The notes under the pieces are model-generated. The model saw only the letters and a list, made by a program, of their open reading frames with translations. It had not been told where the DNA came from and did not search any database. From the NCBI GenBank assembly GCA_905478995.1, contig CAJQKT010000015.1, positions 5,902-69,901 on the forward strand: a stretch of 64,000 nucleotides of DNA, in the 5' to 3' direction. Shown in pieces: positions 9,991 through 19,714 of this stretch. This stretch comes from an uncultured Pseudomonadales bacterium. GTDB lineage: Bacteria; Pseudomonadota; Gammaproteobacteria; Pseudomonadales; UBA7434. How positions within the stretch are numbered: the first letter of the stretch is position 1; each line of letters opens with the position of its first letter. The position numbers and the translations under genes were made by a program.

Positions 9991-10950
9991 TTGGAATGTG
10001 TCGCGCAACGGTGGCATTTTATCGGAGTGACTAGCTTGAAATGGCGATGGCCGTGGCAGGCGCGCAGCGCAAAGCCAGGCGAGAGAATAGCGATAACTTT
10101 GCAAGATGGGCAGTTAGATCTGGTTGCCAGTAAACATGGCTCAGTTTTGGCTTCTCGTAGTTTTGCAAGCATACATTTAGAAAGCGAAATGCCGGCTTTT
10201 TTTGAAGCTGCCGACTTAACGGCGCCAGCCTGCTCATTGGTTCTTTCTGTGGGCAGCTATCAGGTATTGCTCGTCGAGGCCCCGCCGGTACCTGAGGCCG
10301 AACTTGCGGCAGCCTTGCGCTGGAAAGTTAAAGATCTACTCCAGCTGCCTTTGGAGAGTGCTCTCATAGATGGTTTTCTTCTTCCTGATGACGCCTATCG
10401 CGGTCGGCAAAAGATGGCCTATACCGTTGCTGCAGAAAAAGCGCCTTTGCAGTTGCTTATTGATCGTCTTGGAAAGGTTGGAGTGAGTGTCGATCACGTA
10501 CTAATTCCTGAGATTCTTGCCGCGCAGTTAATTAATCGTGCCCTGCACGCAGAGCAGACCGACATTGTGTTGGTGATTGGCCGCAGTAAAAGTTTTTTAA
10601 ATATTTTTTCTGGTGGATCCATCTACCTGACCCGCAGTATCACAGTGAGCGAGCAAACTTTAGCAGCAAATAATGATGCCGAATTAAGTGTGGAGGTCTT
10701 CGAAGACTTTCTACTTGAGCTGCAGCGCTCGCGCGACTACTTCGAAAGTCAAATTGGTAAAGGCGTGGTGGGTCGAGTATTAGTTCTGCCTACCCAAAAC
10801 AATCTTGAGCCTATTTGTGATGCCATCAGAGAGCGGCTGAGTCTTACGGTTGAAACCATCGCCGTAGACAGTATCATTGATGTTGCGGATTCTTATTCAT
10901 TAATCGGTAGTGAGCAGCTTCTCCTGGCCTCTGCCAGTCAGGTGGCTTAA
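9991..10950 (+). CDS. mshI: MSHA biogenesis protein MshI, PilM-like (actin-like ATPase fold) part
   Basis: First gene of the msh-like operon, of PilM-like size and position. The start is uncertain: both 9991 and 10036 are TTG codons and there is no early in-frame ATG. Confidence 0.65.
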   Translation: MECVAQRWHFIGVTSLKWRWPWQARSAKPGERIAITLQDGQLDLVASKHGSVLASRSFASIHLESEMPAFFEAADLTAPACSLVLSVGSYQVLLVEAPPVPEAELAAALRWKVKDLLQLPLESALIDGFLLPDDAYRGRQKMAYTVAAEKAPLQLLIDRLGKVGVSVDHVLIPEILAAQLINRALHAEQTDIVLVIGRSKSFLNIFSGGSIYLTRSITVSEQTLAANNDAELSVEVFEDFLLELQRSRDYFESQIGKGVVGRVLVLPTQNNLEPICDAIRERLSLTVETIAVDSIIDVADSYSLIGSEQLLLASASQVA

Positions 10951-10978
10951 TGCCCTATGTTAATAACATTTTAGCAAC

Positions 10979-11602
10979 ATGAATCAGTCAATAGATTTTT
11001 ATCAGCATTTAGATCACGCTCAGGCGGAACGCTTTTCTGCTCTGCAAGGTGCTTATGCTGCGGGCCTATTATTTTTGGTCTTGATGTTGGTGGCTGTGTA
11101 TCTTGTCATAGTGACCGGGTTGACTGACAAGCACTTAACTGAGGATAAGCGAGAGCTAGGTAATCTTCAGCGTGAGTTGCAAACACTGCAGGCCCAGATG
11201 GCAATTCTTGTTAGCGATGAATCATTACAGGCAATGCAAGACGCAATCAAACAGAGGCGATCGGTGCTAGATAGTATTAGTGATGAGCGCCTACCGCTAT
11301 TCTCAGACTACATGGGTGGTTTGGGCCGCCAGCATGTAGACGGTTTGTGGCTAGAGCATGTTTTTATTGGGTTGCGTGGTCAGCATATTGAGCTTAAAGG
11401 TGCAATGCGGGAGGCGTCTTTATTGCCGCGTTATTTACAAAGATTAAGCAACGAGTCCGTGTTCCAGGGCTTAAGGTTTCAATTAATGAAAATTGAAGAT
11501 GAGCCCGATATTGAACAGCAGTTACGGTTTGAAATCGCTGTCATCCCTGAAATTCCCGAGGCAGCTTCTGATGCTGCGGCTTCTGATGAGGCGGGCTCAT
11601 GA
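10979..11602 (+). CDS. mshI: MSHA biogenesis protein, PilN-like part (equivalent to the C-terminal half of Vibrio MshI)
   Basis: 207 aa with a single N-terminal TM helix followed by a coiled coil, as in PilN. Its stop overlaps the next start (ATGA). Confidence 0.6.
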   Translation: MNQSIDFYQHLDHAQAERFSALQGAYAAGLLFLVLMLVAVYLVIVTGLTDKHLTEDKRELGNLQRELQTLQAQMAILVSDESLQAMQDAIKQRRSVLDSISDERLPLFSDYMGGLGRQHVDGLWLEHVFIGLRGQHIELKGAMREASLLPRYLQRLSNESVFQGLRFQLMKIEDEPDIEQQLRFEIAVIPEIPEAASDAAASDEAGS

Positions 11603-12243
11603 AAGCTTATTGGGATAAGTACCAAGCTTTTGTTGATGGCAAAGTAGAGCGTGAGCGCATCATTATTATCGCCATGTTGCTGGCTTTAATTTTTTTCTTG
11701 GCTGATTTGTTTTTATTAGGTGGCCTGCTCGACAAACAATCTATGCAGGCCGAGTCACTGGCTTCAATTACTCGCGACACTCAAGCCACGCAATTTGAGA
11801 TTGAAAACCTCAAAGCCAGTGAAACTTCCCTAGGGGGTTCGAATAAGCAGCGCAGAGAATCATATAGCCAAACATTAGCTCAGTTAAGTGATACGCTTGC
11901 AGTTATTACTGAGGGGTTTATTCCGGCTAGCGCGATGCCCGTCGCGTTAGAGCAAATATTGAAAAGTAGTAAAAATCTCTCGCTACTATCCTTAGAAAAT
12001 AAACCGGTGGAATTAATTAGTGGTGCAGGCCCAGACCAAAATGCTTATTTGTATCGGCATGGCGTGCAAATGAAAATGCGCGGTTCTTATGTGGCATCCA
12101 TGGCTTATTTGAAAAAGTTGGAGCAGCTAAAGTGGCGCATAGAATGGGATACCATGACTTTTACTATCGAGGAGTATCCCCAAGGTTTGTTAACGATTGA
12201 TGTGTATACCTATAGTAATGAAAAAGACTGGATTAGTGTTTAG
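11599..12243 (+). CDS. mshJ: MSHA biogenesis protein MshJ (PilO-like)
   Basis: 214 aa with one TM helix plus a coiled coil and a periplasmic domain. Assigned by position in the operon. Confidence 0.65.
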   Translation: MKAYWDKYQAFVDGKVERERIIIIAMLLALIFFLADLFLLGGLLDKQSMQAESLASITRDTQATQFEIENLKASETSLGGSNKQRRESYSQTLAQLSDTLAVITEGFIPASAMPVALEQILKSSKNLSLLSLENKPVELISGAGPDQNAYLYRHGVQMKMRGSYVASMAYLKKLEQLKWRIEWDTMTFTIEEYPQGLLTIDVYTYSNEKDWISV

Positions 12244-12556
12244 GTACATGCCGACATTGGTCGCGGCCCTACTTGCTTGCCAAGTTGTGGGAGCGTATGC
12301 CGGTGAGTTTGTCGATCCTACCCGCCCCGCCGGGTTGCAGTCGTCAACTATTGCCCCAAAAGCCTCTTATACATTGCAGTCTATTTTATTCAGTGGCAAC
12401 CGCAAGGTCGCCACAATTAATGGTAAAAGCTATATCACTGGGGACAAGACTCCGCTGGGGAAGATCCTCTTAATTGAAAAGGATCGTGTGGTTATTCAGG
12501 GCAAGCACAGGCGTGTGCTGAAGTTGCAGTCAGAGCAATACAAGATAAAACGGTAA
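12218..12556 (+). CDS. mshK: MSHA biogenesis protein MshK (small periplasmic, PilP-like position)
   Basis: Signal peptide MKKTGLVFRYMPTLVAALLACQVVGAYA. About 112 aa. Lies immediately upstream of the secretin. Confidence 0.6.
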   Translation: MKKTGLVFRYMPTLVAALLACQVVGAYAGEFVDPTRPAGLQSSTIAPKASYTLQSILFSGNRKVATINGKSYITGDKTPLGKILLIEKDRVVIQGKHRRVLKLQSEQYKIKR

Positions 12557-12563
12557 ATAAGAG

Positions 12564-14300
12564 ATGCTGAAGAAAAAAGATCAATTTGCAATGTTTGCTT
12601 TGCTGATGGTGGCCTTGGTAGGTTGCGAGACCGTAAAAAACGAGCCTCCTGTAGAGGGCCAGCCTATTTCAAAAGAGCGGTCTACAGCATTGATTTCATC
12701 AGCGCTTTCAGACGTGCAGGCATCGATTACGGAAGATGGCGTCGGGAACTTACCCCCAACGGCTATCGCGGGCCAGTTGATGCCCCCGCCCAACTATTCA
12801 GGCAAGGCTGCCATTGCAGAGCAGCGCTTTGATCTAAGCGTTAATAACGTTTCAGCTAAAGCGCTTTTTTTGGGCTTGGTTAAGGACACTAACTATAATA
12901 TTGTGGTGCATCCGGAGGTCGAAGGCAGTATTAGCCTCGATTTGCAAAAAATAACAGTTCCTGAAGTAATGGCCATTATTGAAAGCGTTTATGGTTATCC
13001 CGTTTCTCGACAGGGCAATCTTTATCAGGTAATGCCTGGCGGCCTTCGCACAGAAATCTTCAAAATCAATTATCTTGATATTCGTCGTAACGGATCCTCA
13101 GAAACGCGCGTCTCCAGCGGCAGCGTGAGTGACTCTGATGTAGGCGGTGCCAGCAATTCCAATGGCGGTAATTCGAGTTCGCAAGATCAAAATAGTTCAG
13201 GCGGGGGCGCTGGTGGTAACCTTATTGGCACTCAGATAATAACGTCTGGACAATCGGACTTTTGGGGGCAGTTGAGTAGTAACTTGCAAATGCTGATTAA
13301 TTCTGAAAGTCAAAGTAGGGTGGTGGTTAATCCCGAATCGGGCATCGTGATCGTAAAAGCTATGCCGCGTCAAATGGATATTGTTCGCGACTACCTCAAG
13401 TCAGCTGAACTTATCATGCGCCGCCAAGTTATTTTAGAAGCCAAAATTCTTGAGGTTACCTTAAGCGAGGCTTTTCAATCGGGTATTAACTGGACTGCCA
13501 TTGGCAACCCTGGCATTAATAAAACGATTGTTGCATCGCAAGGGTCTGGTGCGCTTGCTAATATCGGCGCGCCCGGGTTTGCTGCAATACCTGGTGCAAC
13601 GGGTATCCCTCTGGCTAACAGCTCCAAAAGTATTTTTGGACTCTCGCTCAGTTTAAATGACTTTACCGGCATTATCGATTTGTTAGAAACGCAAGGCTCC
13701 GTGCAAGTGTTATCTAGCCCGCGGATTTCTACCGTTAACAATCAGAAGGCTGTGATTAAAGTTGGCACAGATGAATTTTTTGTTACCGAAGTAACCAATA
13801 CCGTAACAACTAACAGCGCCGCCAGTACTAGCGTGCCTAGCGTTCAATTAACGCCGTTCTTTTCAGGTATATCGCTGGATGTTACTCCGCAAATTAGTAA
13901 TGATGGCTCAATAATTTTACATGTGCATCCAACGGTTAGTGAAGTTCAAGAGCAGCAGCGCTCCTTTAATATAGGCACCGATAATTTTAATTTGCCGTTA
14001 GCACAAAGTACCGTCAGGGAATCCGATAGCATTATTTATGCAAAAGACAATCAGGTTGTTGTGCTAGGTGGCCTCATTCAAACCGTATCTAAAGATGCTG
14101 ATGCCGGAACGCCCTGGATCAGTAAAGTACCACTTTTAGGTAATGCGTTTAAGCAGAAAGATCAGTCCATGATAAAGCGCGAGTTAGTCATTTTATTGCG
14201 GCCAAAAGTGCTGACTCATGAAGTATCTGCCGAGAGCATTGATGATAGCCTAGAGCGGGTGCGTGGCTTGCGCTATCAAATTGGCGGCGAGCTTCGCTAG
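12564..14300 (+). CDS. mshL: MSHA pilus secretin MshL (GspD/PilQ secretin family lipoprotein)
   Basis: Lipobox LVGC. The C-terminal secretin domain contains VLSSPRISTVNNQKAVIKVG and VVVLGGLI...VPLLGNAFK. Also has a G/S/N-rich linker. Confidence 0.88.
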   Translation: MLKKKDQFAMFALLMVALVGCETVKNEPPVEGQPISKERSTALISSALSDVQASITEDGVGNLPPTAIAGQLMPPPNYSGKAAIAEQRFDLSVNNVSAKALFLGLVKDTNYNIVVHPEVEGSISLDLQKITVPEVMAIIESVYGYPVSRQGNLYQVMPGGLRTEIFKINYLDIRRNGSSETRVSSGSVSDSDVGGASNSNGGNSSSQDQNSSGGGAGGNLIGTQIITSGQSDFWGQLSSNLQMLINSESQSRVVVNPESGIVIVKAMPRQMDIVRDYLKSAELIMRRQVILEAKILEVTLSEAFQSGINWTAIGNPGINKTIVASQGSGALANIGAPGFAAIPGATGIPLANSSKSIFGLSLSLNDFTGIIDLLETQGSVQVLSSPRISTVNNQKAVIKVGTDEFFVTEVTNTVTTNSAASTSVPSVQLTPFFSGISLDVTPQISNDGSIILHVHPTVSEVQEQQRSFNIGTDNFNLPLAQSTVRESDSIIYAKDNQVVVLGGLIQTVSKDADAGTPWISKVPLLGNAFKQKDQSMIKRELVILLRPKVLTHEVSAESIDDSLERVRGLRYQIGGELR

Positions 14301-14310
14301 GGCCTTTGCT

Positions 14311-15285
14311 ATGTATGAACAACACTTTGGTTTTCAGGAGCTGCCTTTTTGTCTAACACCCGACACGCAGTTTTACCTTGATTCTAAATGGCATGGTGAA
14401 GCCAGTGCGGTTCTGAATATTTGTATCAAGCAAGGTGAAGGTTTCATAAAAATATCGGGGGAGGTTGGCACAGGCAAGACTATGCTCTGTCGACGCTTGC
14501 TCGGTTCGCTCTCCGAAGCCTATTTACCCATTTATATTCCCAATCCTTATTTATCTGCCGAAGGGTTGTTGCATGCTATTGCGCACGAGCTGGGTGTTGA
14601 CGTCGGAGACAACAATTCGCACATTGTCCTCAAGGTCATAGAAGAAGAGCTAGTTCAGCTCGCGGTACTCGGGCGAAAGCCAATTTTGATTGTTGACGAG
14701 GCGCAATCAATGCCCGCCCAGACGCTGGAGGCGCTCCGCCTGGTAACCAATCTTGAAACTGAAAAGATGAAGTTACTCCAAGTGGTGTTATTTGGTCAGC
14801 CTGAACTCGACGTTATTTTGAGTCAGCCGGCGCTGCGTCAGTTAGTTCAACGAATCACATTTTCTTATCGATTACAGCCATTAGCGTTGAGTGAGGCTAA
14901 AGCCTATATAGGGCATCGTTTAGGTAAGGCGGGTTATACAGGCGCTCCCGTGTTTAGCGCCGCCGCCATTGAATTGATCGCCAAGGCTAGCCATGGCACG
15001 CCGCGCCTGATTAATGTGCTTGCGCATAAGTCATTAATGTGCGCCTACGGCAAAAAACAAAAAAGTGTTGGCAAAGAGTTTGTATTGGCGGCCATTGATG
15101 ATACCGAGAGTGTGCGTCGTCCCGGTTGGTCGCTATGGCCTTTTCGATCAGCGGCTGCAATATTAGCGGGTGTTGCGCTCGCCGCAGCACTCATTGGATC
15201 GAACTTGATTGCCAGTGGGGATTTTGCTAACAGCGACTCTGCAACTCTGACGATTGATGCACAGGCTAACGCCGAGCGGGTATAA
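14311..15285 (+). CDS. mshM: MSHA biogenesis protein MshM (ExeA-like AAA ATPase)
   Basis: Walker A GEVGTGKT and Walker B ILIVDEAQ, with a C-terminal TM segment. The ATG at 14311 follows the mshL stop. Confidence 0.8.
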   Translation: MYEQHFGFQELPFCLTPDTQFYLDSKWHGEASAVLNICIKQGEGFIKISGEVGTGKTMLCRRLLGSLSEAYLPIYIPNPYLSAEGLLHAIAHELGVDVGDNNSHIVLKVIEEELVQLAVLGRKPILIVDEAQSMPAQTLEALRLVTNLETEKMKLLQVVLFGQPELDVILSQPALRQLVQRITFSYRLQPLALSEAKAYIGHRLGKAGYTGAPVFSAAAIELIAKASHGTPRLINVLAHKSLMCAYGKKQKSVGKEFVLAAIDDTESVRRPGWSLWPFRSAAAILAGVALAAALIGSNLIASGDFANSDSATLTIDAQANAERV

Positions 15286-15289
15286 ACCG

Positions 15290-16507
15290 ATGAGCCTCAT
15301 CGCGCAAATGCAACAAGACCTACAGCAAGAAAACTTTGACACCAATAGCGCTGAGCTGCCGTTATTTGCAGCCGCCGATGCAATACATCAGCGCAAGCGA
15401 ATCAGTGTTTCTGTCGGAGTTGTATTGGTAGCATTGCTCGTGCCTATTGGGCTGCTCGCGCTGGCGTGGACGTTTGCTCCCAGTACGGAAACTCCCCCCG
15501 AGCTGCTGGTAGACGCTGCTCTGGCATCGACTCCGGCATCTAGTGCACCAGCGCAACCCAATAATGAAGCGGCCAAGCCGGTAGTTACCGAGGTGCCGGC
15601 TGATCAGCCAGTTGAGCGAACTCAGCCCCCTAGTCTTGCCAAGGTGGACGAGGCGGTTGCGCAGGCCGTCAAAAACACTGCTAGGCTCGCCTCAGCAACA
15701 ATTGAGGCGAATAAGGAGCAGGCACCGACTGATCGCGCAGCCACCCCGGTCGCAAGTTTGCCGGCTTCGAAAACCAAAGTCGCTGCGAGTGATAACAGCG
15801 CCAGTATCGAGCCCCAGATAATTAAGCCAAGCGAGGCACCTTTGCCAGTCACTCGACCGGTGGCGCGCGCCAAACAAACTACGGTTAAGCGGGCCCCGGT
15901 GCAATCAATTGGGGTTGTTAAGGAAGTTCGGCCCGTTACTGATGCAGAGCTTGATCAACAATTTGCCGAGCAAATTCAAAAAGGTTTGCAAGAAGGAAGG
16001 GCCAGTGAAGCATACCGATTACTAGAAAACCGTTTAACCAAGGCAGATGATATGCCGGTTAGTGCCACATTATTTGCAGGCGTGTTAATTGATGACGGGG
16101 CCTTTGTTCGCGCTCAGCAGTTGCTAGATCGTTATTTAGTGCTCTACCCCGCTTCTCAGCAATTGCGAATTAAGCAGCTACGCTTATTAGTGGTTCAGGG
16201 TTTGTTTGCCGAGGCGCTTGACTCAGTAGGCACTTTCGATAGTCGCCTGCTTAAGAGTATCGAAGTGATGGAGTTGCAAGCGGTAAGTTTGCAGTCTATC
16301 GGAGATTATGAAGCAGCTAGTTTTGTTTACCAAAATTTGCTGGTAAGAAATCAAAACAACGCCCGCTGGTGGATGGGTTTGGCCGTTGCTTTTGATGCTA
16401 ATGCGCAAACGAGCGAGGCGAAGCAGGCCTTCGTGAAGGCCCTAGAGCTACGCCAATTAACTGCGGAGCTTAGCAATTATGCTGAGCGACGTGTTGCACA
16501 ATTGTAA
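15290..16507 (+). CDS. mshN: MSHA biogenesis protein MshN (TM, Pro/Ala-rich linker, C-terminal TPR-like repeats)
   Basis: Assigned by architecture and by position between mshM and mshE. Confidence 0.65.
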   Translation: MSLIAQMQQDLQQENFDTNSAELPLFAAADAIHQRKRISVSVGVVLVALLVPIGLLALAWTFAPSTETPPELLVDAALASTPASSAPAQPNNEAAKPVVTEVPADQPVERTQPPSLAKVDEAVAQAVKNTARLASATIEANKEQAPTDRAATPVASLPASKTKVAASDNSASIEPQIIKPSEAPLPVTRPVARAKQTTVKRAPVQSIGVVKEVRPVTDAELDQQFAEQIQKGLQEGRASEAYRLLENRLTKADDMPVSATLFAGVLIDDGAFVRAQQLLDRYLVLYPASQQLRIKQLRLLVVQGLFAEALDSVGTFDSRLLKSIEVMELQAVSLQSIGDYEAASFVYQNLLVRNQNNARWWMGLAVAFDANAQTSEAKQAFVKALELRQLTAELSNYAERRVAQL

Positions 16508-16527
16508 AGGCTGCAAAGTAAAAAATT

Positions 16528-18231
16528 ATGAGTGAGCGGCTTCAAAAAATTCGCATGGGTGACTTGCTAATACAGCATGACGTTATTACCCAGCAGCAGT
16601 TAGAGTTTGCGCTACAAGAGCAGAAGCTTAGTGGCGCAAAGCTCGGCCGTACCTTAATTGATCTACAGTTTGTTGATGAAGATCGTATGCTGGAATTGCT
16701 GTCTGAGCAATTAGGCGTGCCGTTTTTGCGGCTGAAAGAGTTTCATTTTGACCAGGCCGTCACTCAGCGCTTGCCCGAGAGTACTGCGCGACGTTATCGC
16801 GCAATCGCCTTAAAAGAGGTTGGCGGCGAAATGTTGGTGGGTATGGCCGATCCTACCGATATATTTGCCTTTGACGATATTGGGCGCGCGCTAGGTCAGC
16901 CAATAGCTCTTGCCGTGGTGCGTGAGTCCGAGTTACTTGAATCATTGGATATGCTTTATCGGCGTACCGATGAAATTGTCAGCTTAGCTGAAGAGTTGAG
17001 CGATGAGCTTGAAGGCGAGGCCTTTGATCTTAGCGATTTTGATGCGGCGGATTCTGAAGATGCTCCTATTGCACGCCTGTTACAGTCAATCTTTGAAGAT
17101 GCCATTCAGGTAAGAGCCTCCGACATTCATTTAGAGCCTGACGACACGGTACTGCGTATTCGCCAGAGGGTTGATGGTGTTTTACAAGAACAGGTAATGA
17201 ATGAAAAGCGTATAGCACCTGCTTTAGTTTTGCGTTTGAAGTTGATGTCCGGCTTAAATATTTCTGAAAAACGCTTGCCCCAAGATGGGCGCTTTAATAT
17301 CAAAGTGAAGCAGCACATAGTGGATGTGCGTCTTTCAACATTGCCAACTCAACACGGCGAATCGTTGGTAATGCGTCTGCTAGATAATTCTGCTGGTAAT
17401 CTCGATATTAATAAAATTGGTATGCGGCCAGCAATGCAAGAGCGTTTTTTGCAATCGCTGCATCAGCCGCATGGTCTGATTTTAGTCTGTGGCCCAACCG
17501 GTAGTGGTAAGACCACCACACTTTATGGCGCTCTAGCAGAATTGAACCGCCCTGAGACTAAAATTATTACGGTAGAAGATCCCGTTGAGTACCAGTTACC
17601 TCGCATTAACCAATGTCAGGTTAAGAGTAAAATTGGTCTCGACTTTGCGGCAGTCTTGCGCGCTTGCTTGCGACAAGATCCAGATGTGCTGTTGGTGGGT
17701 GAGATACGCGATACAGAAACGGCTGAAATAGCTGTACGGGCTGCGCTCACTGGGCATTTAGTTTTATCTACTCTGCATACAAACGATGCTGTTTCGAGCG
17801 CTATGCGTCTTATTGATATGGGTGTGGATGGCTATTTAGTCGCAAGCTCCGTGCATGCAGTGGTTGCGCAGCGGCTTGTTCGGCGCATATGTGATGCTTG
17901 CCAGCACGAGTACACACCCAATGCAAAAGAAAACCAGTTGCTTATCAAGTGGCTGGGTGACGATCTAGCGAGCGCCAAGTTTTTTAAGGGTTCGGGTTGT
18001 TCGCATTGCAATATGACCGGATATCGTGGCCGCATGGGTGTTTTTGAGTTTTTAGAAATAGACGATGCTATGTCGGATGCGCTGCGTCGCAACAGCGCTG
18101 CTGATTTTGCTAGGGCGGTGGATCAATCAGAGCACTACGTGCCGCTCAATATGGCGGCACTAGAATATGCTTGTGAAGGGGCTACAACAATTGATGAAGT
18201 GTTTCGCGTTTCAGAAATTGAAACTATTTAA
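16528..18231 (+). CDS. mshE: MSHA pilus extension ATPase MshE (GspE/PilB family) with N-terminal c-di-GMP-binding MshEN motifs
   Basis: Walker A GPTGSGKTTT, Asp box, Walker B LLVGEIRD, His box and a tetracysteine motif (CDAC...CSHC). Two tandem 24-aa MshEN motifs occupy residues 9-61. Confidence 0.92.
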   Translation: MSERLQKIRMGDLLIQHDVITQQQLEFALQEQKLSGAKLGRTLIDLQFVDEDRMLELLSEQLGVPFLRLKEFHFDQAVTQRLPESTARRYRAIALKEVGGEMLVGMADPTDIFAFDDIGRALGQPIALAVVRESELLESLDMLYRRTDEIVSLAEELSDELEGEAFDLSDFDAADSEDAPIARLLQSIFEDAIQVRASDIHLEPDDTVLRIRQRVDGVLQEQVMNEKRIAPALVLRLKLMSGLNISEKRLPQDGRFNIKVKQHIVDVRLSTLPTQHGESLVMRLLDNSAGNLDINKIGMRPAMQERFLQSLHQPHGLILVCGPTGSGKTTTLYGALAELNRPETKIITVEDPVEYQLPRINQCQVKSKIGLDFAAVLRACLRQDPDVLLVGEIRDTETAEIAVRAALTGHLVLSTLHTNDAVSSAMRLIDMGVDGYLVASSVHAVVAQRLVRRICDACQHEYTPNAKENQLLIKWLGDDLASAKFFKGSGCSHCNMTGYRGRMGVFEFLEIDDAMSDALRRNSAADFARAVDQSEHYVPLNMAALEYACEGATTIDEVFRVSEIETI

Positions 18232-18305
18232 GTGATGTTCTATTTCATTCAATCCCTAGTTATTTTGGTTCAGCGCCATACCTTTGATGAGGTAGGAAGT
18301 AATCG

Positions 18306-19523
18306 ATGACAGCGTTTGACTACTCAGGCCGTAATGCAAATGGTCAAGCCGTAACAGGAACCTTAGATGCGTCTTCAGTTGAGCTTGCTGCGCAACAGTT
18401 GATGTCGGGAGGCATCCATCCAACTAAAATAGAGAAAAAAGGTGGTGTGGTGAGTGAGGACGCCCTCTCTTTTTCTTTTGGCCCAAAAATCAAACCCGAT
18501 GAGCTAATCATTTTAACGCGGCAATTGTATAGTCTCGCCAAGGCCGGGGTCCCTCTTAATCAAAGTATTCGAGGGTTGGCGCTCACCTTAAAAAACAAGC
18601 ATATGGTGAGCGTTCTTAACGATCTAGAAAAAAACCTCAATAGTGGCGTGACGTTATCTACCGCGATGAGCAAGCATGAGGATATTTTTCCACGTCTTTA
18701 TGTCAGCATGGTGTTAGTGGGTGAAAACAGCGGTAAGCTCGAGCAAGCATTAAAAGAGCTGATTGGTCATTTAGAGCTAGAACAAGACACCGCGCGTCGT
18801 ATCGGTGGCGCGCTGCGCTATCCCATGTTTGTATTTATTGCGATATCTGTTGCGATGGTTGTGTTAAATATTTTTGTTATACCGGTGTTTGCCGAGCTGT
18901 TTGAGCAATTTGGCGCTGAATTACCGTTGATGACTAAAGTGCTGATAGGAACCTCTAACTTTTTTGTGAAGTACTGGGTTTATATTGGCGTGCTGGCGGC
19001 AGGCTGTTCGTTTGCTTTTATTAATTGGATTGGCAAAGAGACGGGTCGTATTAAATGGGACGGCTTTAAGTTGCGCATCCCAGTTGTTGGGTCCATTATT
19101 TTGCGCGCGGTGCTAGCTAAGTTTTGCAGCACCTTCGCTATGATGTTGGCTTCTGGTGTGCCCCTTATTCAGGCGGTGGAATTATGCTCAACGGCCGTCG
19201 GTAACGCGGCCGTCGGTGAAAAGATTCGTAGCATGCGACGCAGCATTGAGCGCGGCGAAAGTTTATTGCAGGCGCTAGGCAACAGCGATATGTTCACGCC
19301 GGTACTTATGCAAATGGTTGCGGTAGGCGAACAAACAGGGCAGGTCGATGAAATGCTCGCCGAAGTGGCTGATTTTTACAACCGTGAAGTTGACTACGAA
19401 ATAAAAAATCTCAGCGCAAATATTGAGCCCATCATTATCGTTATGATGGCCTGCTTGGTAGGCGTGCTGGCCTTAGGTATCTTCTTGCCGATGTGGGATA
19501 TGTTTGGGGTTGTTCAGGGCTAG
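18306..19523 (+). CDS. mshG: MSHA pilus platform protein MshG (GspF/PilC family)
   Basis: 405 aa with a duplicated GspF domain and three TM segments. Lies immediately downstream of mshE. Confidence 0.9.
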   Translation: MTAFDYSGRNANGQAVTGTLDASSVELAAQQLMSGGIHPTKIEKKGGVVSEDALSFSFGPKIKPDELIILTRQLYSLAKAGVPLNQSIRGLALTLKNKHMVSVLNDLEKNLNSGVTLSTAMSKHEDIFPRLYVSMVLVGENSGKLEQALKELIGHLELEQDTARRIGGALRYPMFVFIAISVAMVVLNIFVIPVFAELFEQFGAELPLMTKVLIGTSNFFVKYWVYIGVLAAGCSFAFINWIGKETGRIKWDGFKLRIPVVGSIILRAVLAKFCSTFAMMLASGVPLIQAVELCSTAVGNAAVGEKIRSMRRSIERGESLLQALGNSDMFTPVLMQMVAVGEQTGQVDEMLAEVADFYNREVDYEIKNLSANIEPIIIVMMACLVGVLALGIFLPMWDMFGVVQG

Positions 19524-19714
19524 ACTGATTTTTATCAAGCAGTGGCGTAGAGGTCTCTTGCTTCGCGAAATTTTTTGCCTAAATCTACTCGTTTTGCTAA
19601 CTTTTACTACACTGGATCTACTAGTCGGGTATTTTTGATTAATCTTGCCCAACGCTCGCGTTGAGCCGCGCGGATGTTTCGTAGCTTTTTAAATTCGATT
19701 CGGTAAATCATTAC

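Noticed and set aside
13130-13215. G/S/N-rich low-complexity stretch that looked repeat-like at the DNA level.
   Set aside because: It lies in frame inside the MshL secretin linker, which is a typical flexible region. It is not a tandem DNA repeat.
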